Positions 49,001 through 63,175 are shown, counted from the first letter of the stretch. The stretch: 64,000 nucleotides of DNA from Octopus sinensis (GCF_006345805.1 NC_043001.1:310001-374000), one strand, 5' to 3'. The notes: generated by a model not told the origin, from the sequence alone. Made by a program: numbers and translations.

Positions 49001-52000
49001 GAGAGCTGAAAGAAGAGAAAGAAAGCGTCTATGTGCTTAAAGAGAGATTGAGAGCTGAAAGAAGAGAAAGAAAGCGTCTATGTGCTTAAAGAGAGATTGA
49101 GAGCTGAAAGAAGAGAAAGAAAGCGTCTATGTGCTTAAAGAGAGATTGAGAGCTGAAAGAAGAGAAAGAAAGCGTCTATGTGCTTAAAGAGAGATTGAGA
49201 GCTGAAAGAAGAGAAAGAAAGCGTCTATGTGCTTAAAGAGAGATTGAGAGCTGAAAGAAGAGAAAGAAAGCGTCTATGTGCTTAAAGAGAGATTGAGAGC
49301 TGAAAGAAGAGAAAGAAAGCGTCTATGTGCTTAAAGAGAGATTGAGAGCTGAAAGAAGAGAAAGAAAGCGTCTATGTGCTTAAAGAGAGATTGAGAGCTG
49401 AAAGAAGAGAAAGAAAGCGTCTATGTGCTTAAAGAGAGATTGAGAGCTGAAAGAAGAGAAAGAAAGCGTCTATGTGCTTAAAGAGAGATTGAGAGCTGAA
49501 AGAAGAGAAAGAAAGCGTCTATGTGCTTAAAGAGAGATTGAGAGCTGAAAGAAGAGAAAGAAAGCGTCTATGTGCTTAAAGAGAGATTGAGAGCTGAAAG
49601 AAGAGAAAGAAAGCGTCTATGTGCTTAAAGAGAGATTGAGAGCTGAAAGAAGAGAAAGAAAGCGTCTATGTGCTTAAAGAGAGATTGAGAGCTGAAAGAA
49701 GAGAAAGAAAGCGTCTATGTGCTTAAAGAGAGATTGAGAGCTGAAAGAAGAGAAAGAAAGCGTCTATGTGCTTAAAGAGAGATTGAGAGCTGAAAGAAGA
49801 GAAAGAAAGCGTCTATGTGCTTAAAGAGAGATTGAGAGCTGAAAGAAGAGAAAGAAAGCGTCTATGTGCTTAAAGAGAGATTGAGAGCTGAAAGAAGAGA
49901 AAGAAAGCGTCTATGTGCTTAAAGAGAGATTGAGAGCTGAAAGAAGAGAAAGAAAGCGTCTATGTGCTTAAAGAGAGATTGAGAGCTGAAAGAAGAGAAA
50001 GAAAGCGTCTATGTGCTTAAAGAGAGATTGAGAGCTGAAAGAAGAGAAAGAAAGCGTCTATGTGCTTAAAGAGAGATTGAGAGCTGAAAGAAGAGAAAGA
50101 AAGCGTCTATGTGCTTAAAGAGAGATTGAGAGCTGAAAGAAGAGAAAGAAAGCGTCTATGTGCTTAAAGAGAGATTGAGAGCTGAAAGAAGAGAAAGAAA
50201 GCGTCTATGTGCTTAAAGAGAGATTGAGAGCTGAAAGAAGAGAAAGAAAGCGTCTATGTGCTTAAAGAGAGATTGAGAGCTGAAAGAAGAGAAAGAAAGC
50301 GTCTATGTGCTTAAAGAGAGATTGAGAGCTGAAAGAAGAGAAAGAAAGCGTCTATGTGCTTAAAGAGAGATTGAGAGCTGAAAGAAGAGAAAGAAAGCGT
50401 CTATGTGCTTAAAGAGAGATTGAGAGCTGAAAGAAGAGAAAGAAAGCGTCTATGTGCTTAAAGAGAGATTGAGAGCTGAAAGAAGAGAAAGAAAGCGTCT
50501 ATGTGCTTAAAGAGAGATTGAGAGCTGAAAGAAGAGAAAGAAAGCGTCTATGTGCTTAAAGAGAGATTGAGAGCTGAAAGAAGAGAAAGAAAGCGTCTAT
50601 GTGCTTAAAGAGAGATTGAGAGCTGAAAGAAGAGAAAGAAAGCGTCTATGTGCTTAAAGAGAGATTGAGAGCTGAAAGAAGAGAAAGAAAGCGTCTATGT
50701 GCTTAAAGAGAGATTGAGAGCTGAAAGAAGAGAAAGAAAGCGTCTATGTGCTTAAAGAGAGATTGAGAGCTGAAAGAAGAGAAAGAAAGCGTCTATGTGC
50801 TTAAAGAGAGATTGAGAGCTGAAAGAAGAGAAAGAAAGCGTCTATGTGCTTAAAGAGAGATTGAGAGCTGAAAGAAGAGAAAGAAAGCGTCTATGTGCTT
50901 AAAGAGAGATTGAGAGCTGAAAGAAGAGAAAGAAAGCGTCTATGTGCTTAAAGAGAGATTGAGAGCTGAAAGAAGAGAAAGAAAGCGTCTATGTGCTTAA
51001 AGAGAGATTGAGAGCTGAAAGAAGAGAAAGAAAGCGTCTATGTGCTTAAAGAGAGATTGAGAGCTGAAAGAAGAGAAAGAAAGCGTCTATGTGCTTAAAG
51101 AGAGATTGAGAGCTGAAAGAAGAGAAAGAAAGCGTCTATGTGCTTAAAGAGAGATTGAGAGCTGAAAGAAGAGAAAGAAAGCGTCTATGTGCTTAAAGAG
51201 AGATTGAGAGCTGAAAGAAGAGAAAGAAAGCGTCTATGTGCTTAAAGAGAGATTGAGAGCTGAAAGAAGAGAAAGAAAGCGTCTATGTGCTTAAAGAGAG
51301 ATTGAGAGCTGAAAGAAGAGAAAGAAAGCGTCTATGTGCTTAAAGAGAGATTGAGAGCTGAAAGAAGAGAAAGAAAGCGTCTATGTGCTTAAAGAGAGAT
51401 TGAGAGCTGAAAGAAGAGAAAGAAAGCGTCTATGTGCTTAAAGAGAGATTGAGAGCTGAAAGAAGAGAAAGAAAGCGTCTATGTGCTTAAAGAGAGATTG
51501 AGAGCTGAAAGAAGAGAAAGAAAGCGTCTATGTGCTTAAAGAGAGATTGAGAGCTGAAAGAAGAGAAAGAAAGCGTCTATGTGCTTAAAGAGAGATTGAG
51601 AGCTGAAAGAAGAGAAAGAAAGCGTCTATGTGCTTAAAGAGAGATTGAGAGCTGAAAGAAGAGAAAGAAAGCGTCTATGTGCTTAAAGAGAGATTGAGAG
51701 CTGAAAGAAGAGAAAGAAAGCGTCTATGTGCTTAAAGAGAGATTGAGAGCTGAAAGAAGAGAAAGAAAGCGTCTATGTGCTTAAAGAGAGATTGAGAGCT
51801 GAAAGAAGAGAAAGAAAGCGTCTATGTGCTTAAAGAGAGATTGAGAGCTGAAAGAAGAGAAAGAAAGCGTCTATGTGCTTAAAGAGAGATTGAGAGCTGA
51901 AAGAAGAGAAAGAAAGCGTCTATGTGCTTAAAGAGAGATTGAGAGCTGAAAGAAGAGAAAGAAAGCGTCTATGTGCTTAAAGAGAGATTGAGAGCTGAAA

Positions 52001-55000
52001 GAAGAGAAAGAAAGCGTCTATGTGCTTAAAGAGAGATTGAGAGCTGAAAGAAGAGAAAGAAAGCGTCTATGTGCTTAAAGAGAGATTGAGAGCTGAAAGA
52101 AGAGAAAGAAAGCGTCTATGTGCTTAAAGAGAGATTGAGAGCTGAAAGAAGAGAAAGAAAGCGTCTATGTGCTTAAAGAGAGATTGAGAGCTGAAAGAAG
52201 AGAAAGAAAGCGTCTATGTGCTTAAAGAGAGATTGAGAGCTGAAAGAAGAGAAAGAAAGCGTCTATGTGCTTAAAGAGAGATTGAGAGCTGAAAGAAGAG
52301 AAAGAAAGCGTCTATGTGCTTAAAGAGAGATTGAGAGCTGAAAGAAGAGAAAGAAAGCGTCTATGTGCTTAAAGAGATTGAGAGCTGAAAGAAGAGAAAG
52401 AAAGCGTCTATGTGCTTAAAGAGAGATTGAGAGCTGAAAGAAGAGAAAGAAAGCGTCTATGTGCTTAAAGAGAGATTGAGAGCTGAAAGAAGAGAAAGAA
52501 AGCGTCTATGTGCTTAAAGAGAGATTGAGAGCTGAAAGAAGAGAAAGAAAGCGTCTATGTGCTTAAAGAGAGATTGAGAGCTGAAAGAAGAGAAAGAAAG
52601 CGTCTATGTGCTTAAAGAGAGATTGAGAGCTGAAAGAAGAGAAAGAAAGCGTCTATGTGCTTAAAGAGAGATTGAGAGCTGAAAGAAGAGAAAGAAAGCG
52701 TCTATGTGCTTAAAGAGAGATTGAGAGCTGAAAGAAGAGAAAGAAAGCGTCTATGTGCTTAAAGAGAGATTGAGAGCTGAAAGAAGAGAAAGAAAGCGTC
52801 TATGTGCTTAAAGAGAGATTGAGAGCTGAAAGAAGAGAAAGAAAGCGTCTATGTGCTTAAAGAGAGATTGAGAGCTGAAAGAAGAGAAAGAAAGCGTCTA
52901 TGTGCTTAAAGAGAGATTGAGAGCTGAAAGAAGAGAAAGAAAGCGTCTATGTGCTTAAAGAGAGATTGAGAGCTGAAAGAAGAGAAAGAAAGCGTCTATG
53001 TGCTTAAAGAGAGATTGAGAGCTGAAAGAAGAGAAAGAAAGCGTCTATGTGCTTAAAGAGAGATTGAGAGCTGAAAGAAGAGAAAGAAAGCGTCTATGTG
53101 CTTAAAGAGAGATTGAGAGCTGAAAGAAGAGAAAGAAAGCGTCTATGTGCTTAAAGAGAGATTGAGAGCTGAAAGAAGAGAAAGAAAGCGTCTATGTGCT
53201 TAAAGAGAGATTGAGAGCTGAAAGAAGAGAAAGAAAGCGTCTATGTGCTTAAAGAGAGATTGAGAGCTGAAAGAAGAGAAAGAAAGCGTCTATGTGCTTA
53301 AAGAGAGATTGAGAGCTGAAAGAAGAGAAAGAAAGCGTCTATGTGCTTAAAGAGAGATTGAGAGCTGAAAGAAGAGAAAGAAAGCGTCTATGTGCTTAAA
53401 GAGAGATTGAGAGCTGAAAGAAGAGAAAGAAAGCGTCTATGTGCTTAAAGAGAGATTGAGAGCTGAAAGAAGAGAAAGAAAGCGTCTATGTGCTTAAAGA
53501 GAGATTGAGAGCTGAAAGAAGAGAAAGAAAGCGTCTATGTGCTTAAAGAGAGATTGAGAGCTGAAAGAAGAGAAAGAAAGCGTCTATGTGCTTAAAGAGA
53601 GATTGAGAGCTGAAAGAAGAGAAAGAAAGCGTCTATGTGCTTAAAGAGAGATTGAGAGCTGAAAGAAGAGAAAGAAAGCGTCTATGTGCTTAAAGAGAGA
53701 TTGAGAGCTGAAAGAAGAGAAAGAAAGCGTCTATGTGCTTAAAGAGAGATTGAGAGCTGAAAGAAGAGAAAGAAAGCGTCTATGTGCTTAAAGAGAGATT
53801 GAGAGCTGAAAGAAGAGAAAGAAAGCGTCTATGTGCTTAAAGAGAGATTGAGAGCTGAAAGAAGAGAAAGAAAGCGTCTATGTGCTTAAAGAGAGATTGA
53901 GAGCTGAAAGAAGAGAAAGAAAGCGTCTATGTGCTTAAAGAGAGATTGAGAGCTGAAAGAAGAGAAAGAAAGCGTCTATGTGCTTAAAGAGAGATTGAGA
54001 GCTGAAAGAAGAGAAAGAAAGCGTCTATGTGCTTAAAGAGAGATTGAGAGCTGAAAGAAGAGAAAGAAAGCGTCTATGTGCTTAAAGAGAGATTGAGAGC
54101 TGAAAGAAGAGAAAGAAAGCGTCTATGTGCTTAAAGAGAGATTGAGAGCTGAAAGAAGAGAAAGAAAGCGTCTATGTGCTTAAAGAGAGATTGAGAGCTG
54201 AAAGAAGAGAAAGAAAGCGTCTATGTGCTTAAAGAGAGATTGAGAGCTGAAAGAAGAGAAAGAAAGCGTCTATGTGCTTAAAGAGAGATTGAGAGCTGAA
54301 AGAAGAGAAAGAAAGCGTCTATGTGCTTAAAGAGAGATTGAGAGCTGAAAGAAGAGAAAGAAAGCGTCTATGTGCTTAAAGAGAGATTGAGAGCTGAAAG
54401 AAGAGAAAGAAAGCGTCTATGTGCTTAAAGAGAGATTGAGAGCTGAAAGAAGAGAAAGAAAGCGTCTATGTGCTTAAAGAGAGATTGAGAGCTGAAAGAA
54501 GAGAAAGAAAGCGTCTATGTGCTTAAAGAGAGATTGAGAGCTGAAAGAAGAGAAAGAAAGCGTCTATGTGCTTAAAGAGAGATTGAGAGCTGAAAGAAGA
54601 GAAAGAAAGCGTCTATGTGCTTAAAGAGAGATTGAGAGCTGAAAGAAGAGAAAGAAAGCGTCTATGTGCTTAAAGAGAGATTGAGAGCTGAAAGAAGAGA
54701 AAGAAAGCGTCTATGTGCTTAAAGAGAGATTGAGAGCTGAAAGAAGAGAAAGAAAGCGTCTATGTGCTTAAAGAGAGATTGAGAGCTGAAAGAAGAGAAA
54801 GAAAGCGTCTATGTGCTTAAAGAGAGATTGAGAGCTGAAAGAAGAGAAAGAAAGCGTCTATGTGCTTAAAGAGAGATTGAGAGCTGAAAGAAGAGAAAGA
54901 AAGCGTCTATGTGCTTAAAGAGAGATTGAGAGCTGAAAGAAGAGAAAGAAAGCGTCTATGTGCTTAAAGAGAGATTGAGAGCTGAAAGAAGAGAAAGAAA

Positions 55001-58000
55001 GCGTCTATGTGCTTAAAGAGAGATTGAGAGCTGAAAGAAGAGAAAGAAAGCGTCTATGTGCTTAAAGAGAGATTGAGAGCTGAAAGAAGAGAAAGAAAGC
55101 GTCTATGTGCTTAAAGAGAGATTGAGAGCTGAAAGAAGAGAAAGAAAGCGTCTATGTGCTTAAAGAGAGATTGAGAGCTGAAAGAAGAGAAAGAAAGCGT
55201 CTATGTGCTTAAAGAGAGATTGAGAGCTGAAAGAAGAGAAAGAAAGCGTCTATGTGCTTAAAGAGAGATTGAGAGCTGAAAGAAGAGAAAGAAAGCGTCT
55301 ATGTGCTTAAAGAGAGATTGAGAGCTGAAAGAAGAGAAAGAAAGCGTCTATGTGCTTAAAGAGAGATTGAGAGCTGAAAGAAGAGAAAGAAAGCGTCTAT
55401 GTGCTTAAAGAGAGATTGAGAGCTGAAAGAAGAGAAAGAAAGCGTCTATGTGCTTAAAGAGAGATTGAGAGCTGAAAGAAGAGAAAGAAAGCGTCTATGT
55501 GCTTAAAGAGAGATTGAGAGCTGAAAGAAGAGAAAGAAAGCGTCTATGTGCTTAAAGAGAGATTGAGAGCTGAAAGAAGAGAAAGAAAGCGTCTATGTGC
55601 TTAAAGAGAGATTGAGAGCTGAAAGAAGAGAAAGAAAGCGTCTATGTGCTTAAAGAGAGATTGAGAGCTGAAAGAAGAGAAAGAAAGCGTCTATGTGCTT
55701 AAAGAGAGATTGAGAGCTGAAAGAAGAGAAAGAAAGCGTCTATGTGCTTAAAGAGAGATTGAGAGCTGAAAGAAGAGAAAGAAAGCGTCTATGTGCTTAA
55801 AGAGAGATTGAGAGCTGAAAGAAGAGAAAGAAAGCGTCTATGTGCTTAAAGAGAGATTGAGAGCTGAAAGAAGAGAAAGAAAGCGTCTATGTGCTTAAAG
55901 AGAGATTGAGAGCTGAAAGAAGAGAAAGAAAGCGTCTATGTGCTTAAAGAGAGATTGAGAGCTGAAAGAAGAGAAAGAAAGCGTCTATGTGCTTAAAGAG
56001 AGATTGAGAGCTGAAAGAAGAGAAAGAAAGCGTCTATGTGCTTAAAGAGAGATTGAGAGCTGAAAGAAGAGAAAGAAAGCGTCTATGTGCTTAAAGAGAG
56101 ATTGAGAGCTGAAAGAAGAGAAAGAAAGCGTCTATGTGCTTAAAGAGAGATTGAGAGCTGAAAGAAGAGAAAGAAAGCGTCTATGTGCTTAAAGAGAGAT
56201 TGAGAGCTGAAAGAAGAGAAAGAAAGCGTCTATGTGCTTAAAGAGAGATTGAGAGCTGAAAGAAGAGAAAGAAAGCGTCTATGTGCTTAAAGAGAGATTG
56301 AGAGCTGAAAGAAGAGAAAGAAAGCGTCTATGTGCTTAAAGAGAGATTGAGAGCTGAAAGAAGAGAAAGAAAGCGTCTATGTGCTTAAAGAGAGATTGAG
56401 AGCTGAAAGAAGAGAAAGAAAGCGTCTATGTGCTTAAAGAGAGATTGAGAGCTGAAAGAAGAGAAAGAAAGCGTCTATGTGCTTAAAGAGAGATTGAGAG
56501 CTGAAAGAAGAGAAAGAAAGCGTCTATGTGCTTAAAGAGAGATTGAGAGCTGAAAGAAGAGAAAGAAAGCGTCTATGTGCTTAAAGAGAGATTGAGAGCT
56601 GAAAGAAGAGAAAGAAAGCGTCTATGTGCTTAAAGAGAGATTGAGAGCTGAAAGAAGAGAAAGAAAGCGTCTATGTGCTTAAAGAGGGATTGAGAGCTGA
56701 AAGAAGAGAAAGAAAGCGTCTATGTGCTTAAAGAGAGATTGAGAGCTGAAAGAAGAGAAAGAAAGCGTCTATGTGCTTAAAGAGAGATTGAGAGCTGAAA
56801 GAAGAGAAAGAAAGCGTCTATGTGCTTAAAGAGAGATTGAGAGCTGAAAGAAGAGAAAGAAAGCGTCTATGTGCTTAAAGAGAGATTGAGAGCTGAAAGA
56901 AGAGAAAGAAAGCGTCTATGTGCTTAAAGAGAGATTGAGAGCTGAAAGAAGAGAAAGAAAGCGTCTATGTGCTTAAAGAGAGATTGAGAGCTGAAAGAAG
57001 AGAAAGAAAGCGTCTATGTGCTTAAAGAGAGATTGAGAGCTGAAAGAAGAGAAAGAAAGCGTCTATGTGCTTAAAGAGAGATTGAGAGCTGAAAGAAGAG
57101 AAAGAAAGCGTCTATGTGCTTAAAGAGAGATTGAGAGCTGAAAGAAGAGAAAGAAAGCGTCTATGTGCTTAAAGAGAGATTGAGAGCTGAAAGAAGAGAA
57201 AGAAAGCGTCTATGTGCTTAAAGAGAGATTGAGAGCTGAAAGAAGAGAAAGAAAGCGTCTATGTGCTTAAAGAGAGATTGAGAGCTGAAAGAAGAGAAAG
57301 AAAGCGTCTATGTGCTTAAAGAGAGATTGAGAGCTGAAAGAAGAGAAAGAAAGCGTCTATGTGCTTAAAGAGAGATTGAGAGCTGAAAGAAGAGAAAGAA
57401 AGCGTCTATGTGCTTAAAGAGAGATTGAGAGCTGAAAGAAGAGAAAGAAAGCGTCTATGTGCTTAAAGAGAGATTGAGAGCTGAAAGAAGAGAAAGAAAG
57501 CGTCTATGTGCTTAAAGAGAGATTGAGAGCTGAAAGAAGAGAAAGAAAGCGTCTATGTGCTTAAAGAGAGATTGAGAGCTGAAAGAAGAGAAAGAAAGCG
57601 TCTATGTGCTTAAAGAGAGATTGAGAGCTGAAAGAAGAGAAAGAAAGCGTCTATGTGCTTAAAGAGAGATTGAGAGCTGAAAGAAGAGAAAGAAAGCGTC
57701 TATGTGCTTAAAGAGAGATTGAGAGCTGAAAGAAGAGAAAGAAAGCGTCTATGTGCTTAAAGAGAGATTGAGAGCTGAAAGAAGAGAAAGAAAGCGTCTA
57801 TGTGCTTAAAGAGAGATTGAGAGCTGAAAGAAGAGAAAGAAAGCGTCTATGTGCTTAAAGAGAGATTGAGAGCTGAAAGAAGAGAAAGAAAGCGTCTATG
57901 TGCTTAAAGAGAGATTGAGAGCTGAAAGAAGAGAAAGAAAGCGTCTATGTGCTTAAAGAGAGATTGAGAGCTGAAAGAAGAGAAAGAAAGCGTCTATGTG

Positions 58001-61000
58001 CTTAAAGAGAGATTGAGAGCTGAAAGAAGAGAAAGAAAGCGTCTATGTGCTTAAAGAGAGATTGAGAGCTGAAAGAAGAGAAAGAAAGCGTCTATGTGCT
58101 TAAAGAGAGATTGAGAGCTGAAAGAAGAGAAAGAAAGCGTCTATGTGCTTAAAGAGAGATTGAGAGCTGAAAGAAGAGAAAGAAAGCGTCTATGTGCTTA
58201 AAGAGAGATTGAGAGCTGAAAGAAGAGAAAGAAAGCGTCTATGTGCTTAAAGAGAGATTGAGAGCTGAAAGAAGAGAAAGAAAGCGTCTATGTGCTTAAA
58301 GAGAGATTGAGAGCTGAAAGAAGAGAAAGAAAGCGTCTATGTGCTTAAAGAGAGATTGAGAGCTGAAAGAAGAGAAAGAAAGCGTCTATGTGCTTAAAGA
58401 GAGATTGAGAGCTGAAAGAAGAGAAAGAAAGCGTCTATGTGCTTAAAGAGAGATTGAGAGCTGAAAGAAGAGAAAGAAAGCGTCTATGTGCTTAAAGAGA
58501 GATTGAGAGCTGAAAGAAGAGAAAGAAAGCGTCTATGTGCTTAAAGAGAGATTGAGAGCTGAAAGAAGAGAAAGAAAGCGTCTATGTGCTTAAAGAGAGA
58601 TTGAGAGCTGAAAGAAGAGAAAGAAAGCGTCTATGTGCTTAAAGAGAGATTGAGAGCTGAAAGAAGAGAAAGAAAGCGTCTATGTGCTTAAAGAGAGATT
58701 GAGAGCTGAAAGAAGAGAAAGAAAGCGTCTATGTGCTTAAAGAGAGATTGAGAGCTGAAAGAAGAGAAAGAAAGCGTCTATGTGCTTAAAGAGAGATTGA
58801 GAGCTGAAAGAAGAGAAAGAAAGCGTCTATGTGCTTAAAGAGAGATTGAGAGCTGAAAGAAGAGAAAGAAAGCGTCTATGTGCTTAAAGAGAGATTGAGA
58901 GCTGAAAGAAGAGAAAGAAAGCGTCTATGTGCTTAAAGAGAGATTGAGAGCTGAAAGAAGAGAAAGAAAGCGTCTATGTGCTTAAAGAGAGATTGAGAGC
59001 TGAAAGAAGAGAAAGAAAGCGTCTATGTGCTTAAAGAGAGATTGAGAGCTGAAAGAAGAGAAAGAAAGCGTCTATGTGCTTAAAGAGAGATTGAGAGCTG
59101 AAAGAAGAGAAAGAAAGCGTCTATGTGCTTAAAGAGAGATTGAGAGCTGAAAGAAGAGAAAGAAAGCGTCTATGTGCTTAAAGAGAGATTGAGAGCTGAA
59201 AGAAGAGAAAGAAAGCGTCTATGTGCTTAAAGAGAGATTGAGAGCTGAAAGAAGAGAAAGAAAGCGTCTATGTGCTTAAAGAGAGATTGAGAGCTGAAAG
59301 AAGAGAAAGAAAGCGTCTATGTGCTTAAAGAGAGATTGAGAGCTGAAAGAAGAGAAAGAAAGCGTCTATGTGCTTAAAGAGAGATTGAGAGCTGAAAGAA
59401 GAGAAAGAAAGCGTCTATGTGCTTAAAGAGAGATTGAGAGCTGAAAGAAGAGAAAGAAAGCGTCTATGTGCTTAAAGAGAGATTGAGAGCTGAAAGAAGA
59501 GAAAGAAAGCGTCTATGTGCTTAAAGAGAGATTGAGAGCTGAAAGAAGAGAAAGAAAGCGTCTATGTGCTTAAAGAGAGATTGAGAGCTGAAAGAAGAGA
59601 AAGAAAGCGTCTATGTGCTTAAAGAGAGATTGAGAGCTGAAAGAAGAGAAAGAAAGCGTCTATGTGCTTAAAGAGAGATTGAGAGCTGAAAGAAGAGAAA
59701 GAAAGCGTCTATGTGCTTAAAGAGAGATTGAGAGCTGAAAGAAGAGAAAGAAAGCGTCTATGTGCTTAAAGAGAGATTGAGAGCTGAAAGAAGAGAAAGA
59801 AAGCGTCTATGTGCTTAAAGAGAGATTGAGAGCTGAAAGAAGAGAAAGAAAGCGTCTATGTGCTTAAAGAGAGATTGAGAGCTGAAAGAAGAGAAAGAAA
59901 GCGTCTATGTGCTTAAAGAGAGATTGAGAGCTGAAAGAAGAGAAAGAAAGCGTCTATGTGCTTAAAGAGAGATTGAGAGCTGAAAGAAGAGAAAGAAAGC
60001 GTCTATGTGCTTAAAGAGAGATTGAGAGCTGAAAGAAGAGAAAGAAAGCGTCTATGTGCTTAAAGAGAGATTGAGAGCTGAAAGAAGAGAAAGAAAGCGT
60101 CTATGTGCTTAAAGAGAGATTGAGAGCTGAAAGAAGAGAAAGAAAGCGTCTATGTGCTTAAAGAGAGATTGAGAGCTGAAAGAAGAGAAAGAAAGCGTCT
60201 ATGTGCTTAAAGAGAGATTGAGAGCTGAAAGAAGAGAAAGAAAGCGTCTATGTGCTTAAAGAGAGATTGAGAGCTGAAAGAAGAGAAAGAAAGCGTCTAT
60301 GTGCTTAAAGAGAGATTGAGAGCTGAAAGAAGAGAAAGAAAGCGTCTATGTGCTTAAAGAGAGATTGAGAGCTGAAAGAAGAGAAAGAAAGCGTCTATGT
60401 GCTTAAAGAGAGATTGAGAGCTGAAAGAAGAGAAAGAAAGCGTCTATGTGCTTAAAGAGAGATTGAGAGCTGAAAGAAGAGAAAGAAAGCGTCTATGTGC
60501 TTAAAGAGAGATTGAGAGCTGAAAGAAGAGAAAGAAAGCGTCTATGTGCTTAAAGAGAGATTGAGAGCTGAAAGAAGAGAAAGAAAGCGTCTATGTGCTT
60601 AAAGAGAGATTGAGAGCTGAAAGAAGAGAAAGAAAGCGTCTATGTGCTTAAAGAGGTATTGAGAGCTGAAAGAAGAGAAAGAAAGCGTCTATGTGCTTAA
60701 AGAGAGATTGAGAGCTGAAAGAAGAGAAAGAAAGCGTCTATGTGCTTAAAGAGAGATTGAGAGCTGAAAGAAGAGAAAGAAAGCGTCTATGTGCTTAAAG
60801 AGAGATTGAGAGCTGAAAGAAGAGAAAGAAAGCGTCTATGTGCTTAAAGAGAGATTGAGAGCTGAAAGAAGAGAAAGAAAGCGTCTATGTGCTTAAAGAG
60901 AGATTGAGAGCTGAAAGAAGAGAAAGAAAGCGTCTATGTGCTTAAAGAGAGATTGAGAGCTGAAAGAAGAGAAAGAAAGCGTCTATGTGCTTAAAGAGAG

Positions 61001-62133
61001 ATTGAGAGCTGAAAGAAGAGAAAGAAAGCGTCTATGTGCTTAAAGAGAGATTGAGAGCTGAAAGAAGAGAAAGAAAGCGTCTATGTGCTTAAAGAGAGAT
61101 TGAGAGCTGAAAGAAGAGAAAGAAAGCGTCTATGTGCTTAAAGAGGTATTGAGAGCTGAAAGAAGAGAAAGAAAGCGTCTATGTGCTTAAAGAGAGATTG
61201 AGAGCTGAAAGAAGAGAAAGAAAGCGTCTATGTGCTTAAAGAGAGATTGAGAGCTGAAAGAAGAGAAAGAAAGCGTCTATGTGCTTAAAGAGGTATTGAG
61301 AGCTGAAAGAAGAGAAAGAAAGCGTCTATGTGCTTAAAGAGGTATTGAGAGCTGAAAGAAGAGAAAGAAAGCGTCTATGTGCTTAAAGAGAGATTGAGAG
61401 CTGAAAGAAGAGAAAGAAAGCGTCTATGTGCTTAAAGAGGATTGAGAGCTGAAAGAAGAGAAAGAAAGCGTCTATGTGCTTAAAGAGGGATTGAGAGCTG
61501 AAAGAAGAGAAAGAAAGCGTCTATGTGCTTAAAGAGAGGATTGAGAGCTGAAAGAAGAGAAAGAAAGCGTCTATGTGCTTAAAGAGAGTTGAGAGCTGAA
61601 AGAAGAGAAAGAAAGCGTCTATGTGCTTAAAGAGATTGAGAGCTGAAAGAGAGAAAGAAAGCGTCTATGTGAGAGCTGAGAAGAGAGATTGAGAGCTGAA
61701 AGAGGAGAGTATGAATGAAGAGAAAGAAGAGAGATTGAGAGCTGAAAGAAGAGAAAGAAAGCGTCTATGTGCTTAAAGTGAGAATGAGAGCTGAAAGAAG
61801 AAAAGAAAGCGTCTATGTGCTTAAAGAGAGATTGAGAGCTGAAAGAGGAGAGTAAGAATGAAGAGAAAGAAGAGAGTTTTAAAAGCTGAAAGAAGAGAAA
61901 GAAAGCGTCTGTTTGCTTAAAGAGAGATTGAGTGCTGAAAGTAGAGAAAGAAAGAAAGCGTCTATGTACTTAAAGAGAGCTGAATGAGGAGAGTAAGAAA
62001 GAAGAGAAAGAAGCGAGATTTAGAGCTTAAAGAGGAGAAAGAAAGCGTCTATGTGCTTAAAGAGAGATTGAGAGCTGAAAGAGGAGAGTTAGAATGAAGA
62101 GAAAGAAGAGAGATTGAGAGCTGAAAGAAGAGA
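40061..62133 (+). repeat. 49-bp tandem satellite, about 450 copies (~22 kb)
   Basis: Unit GAAAGAAGAGAAAGAAAGCGTCTATGTGCTTAAAGAGAGATTGAGAGCT (36/49 purine). The core is nearly invariant, the left edge is indel-rich and the right edge degenerates. Confidence 0.99.
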
Positions 62134-62194
62134 GTAATGATGAGACAAGGAAAAGCGTGAGGGGAAGAAGGGAAGAGACAGAGAGAGAAAGAAG

Positions 62195-62675
62195 AGATAG
62201 AAAAAGAATATATGCAGTATATCTGTCCGCAGACAATTTCTAAACGAAACTAATTGCACACACACATATTCATATGTATACATATATATACATACATACA
62301 CATATATACACACGTGTGCACATACACATATATAAATAAAAATAACAAATAAGTATATAAAGAAAATAAAAGAGCAAAAAAAACAAGCCAAGAGATTATT
62401 ACAGAATGTAAACAGAGAAAAATAGAAAAAGAAAATATATATCTGTCCGTCGCTACAGACAATTTCTTCTAAACTAAACTAATTGCGACTATACTTCTAA
62501 CACACACACATACATATATATTCACACATATATATATACATATATATACACATATATATACAAATATATACACACATGTGCGCATACACATATATAAACA
62601 GAGTAACAAATAAATATATAAAAAATAGATGTAACGGAGTTAACGATAGATTATTACAGAATGTAAACAGAGACC
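62195..62675 (+). repeat. Diverged two-copy tandem duplication (~235-250 bp)
   Basis: TATATCTGTCCG...CAGACAATTTCT...AAACTAATTGC...GATTATTACAGAATGTAAACAGAGA occurs twice. Confidence 0.8.
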
Positions 62676-63084
62676 TTACATTGAATTACGGGAAAATGAA
62701 TGAATGAAAAGGGGTACTTATCTTATAAGAGGTATACGAAGAGGTCTTTTTCAAAAAAAGAAAAGAAAAACGGTTCTTTTTGCTGTTAGAGTCGACTGGA
62801 AATAAATTTAGAAGATTTCACCACGTGCTTATTTCGACAGGGAAATCTGGCGTGCGTTGCTAAACTTTAGTGTACTATACTTGACTTGTAGCAAAATATA
62901 TTGCGGTCTTTAACCAAAATATCCGAGTACACGTCTATAAGGTAACAATTTCTACGTTTTTTATGAGTTTTCGCCTATTATTTCGTCGATTTATGCAAAC
63001 CTTCTTGTTTTTTTATCACAGGGCAAAGCAACACATATTTACTCTACGAAGCCGGAAGTCAATATGTATATGTATATATATGTA

Positions 63085-63175
<91 letters not shown>

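Noticed and set aside
40061-62133. CRISPR-like or coding interpretation of the 49-bp array
   Set aside because: There are no unique spacers and no cas genes. The period is not a multiple of 3 and stops occur on both strands, so no long ORF exists.
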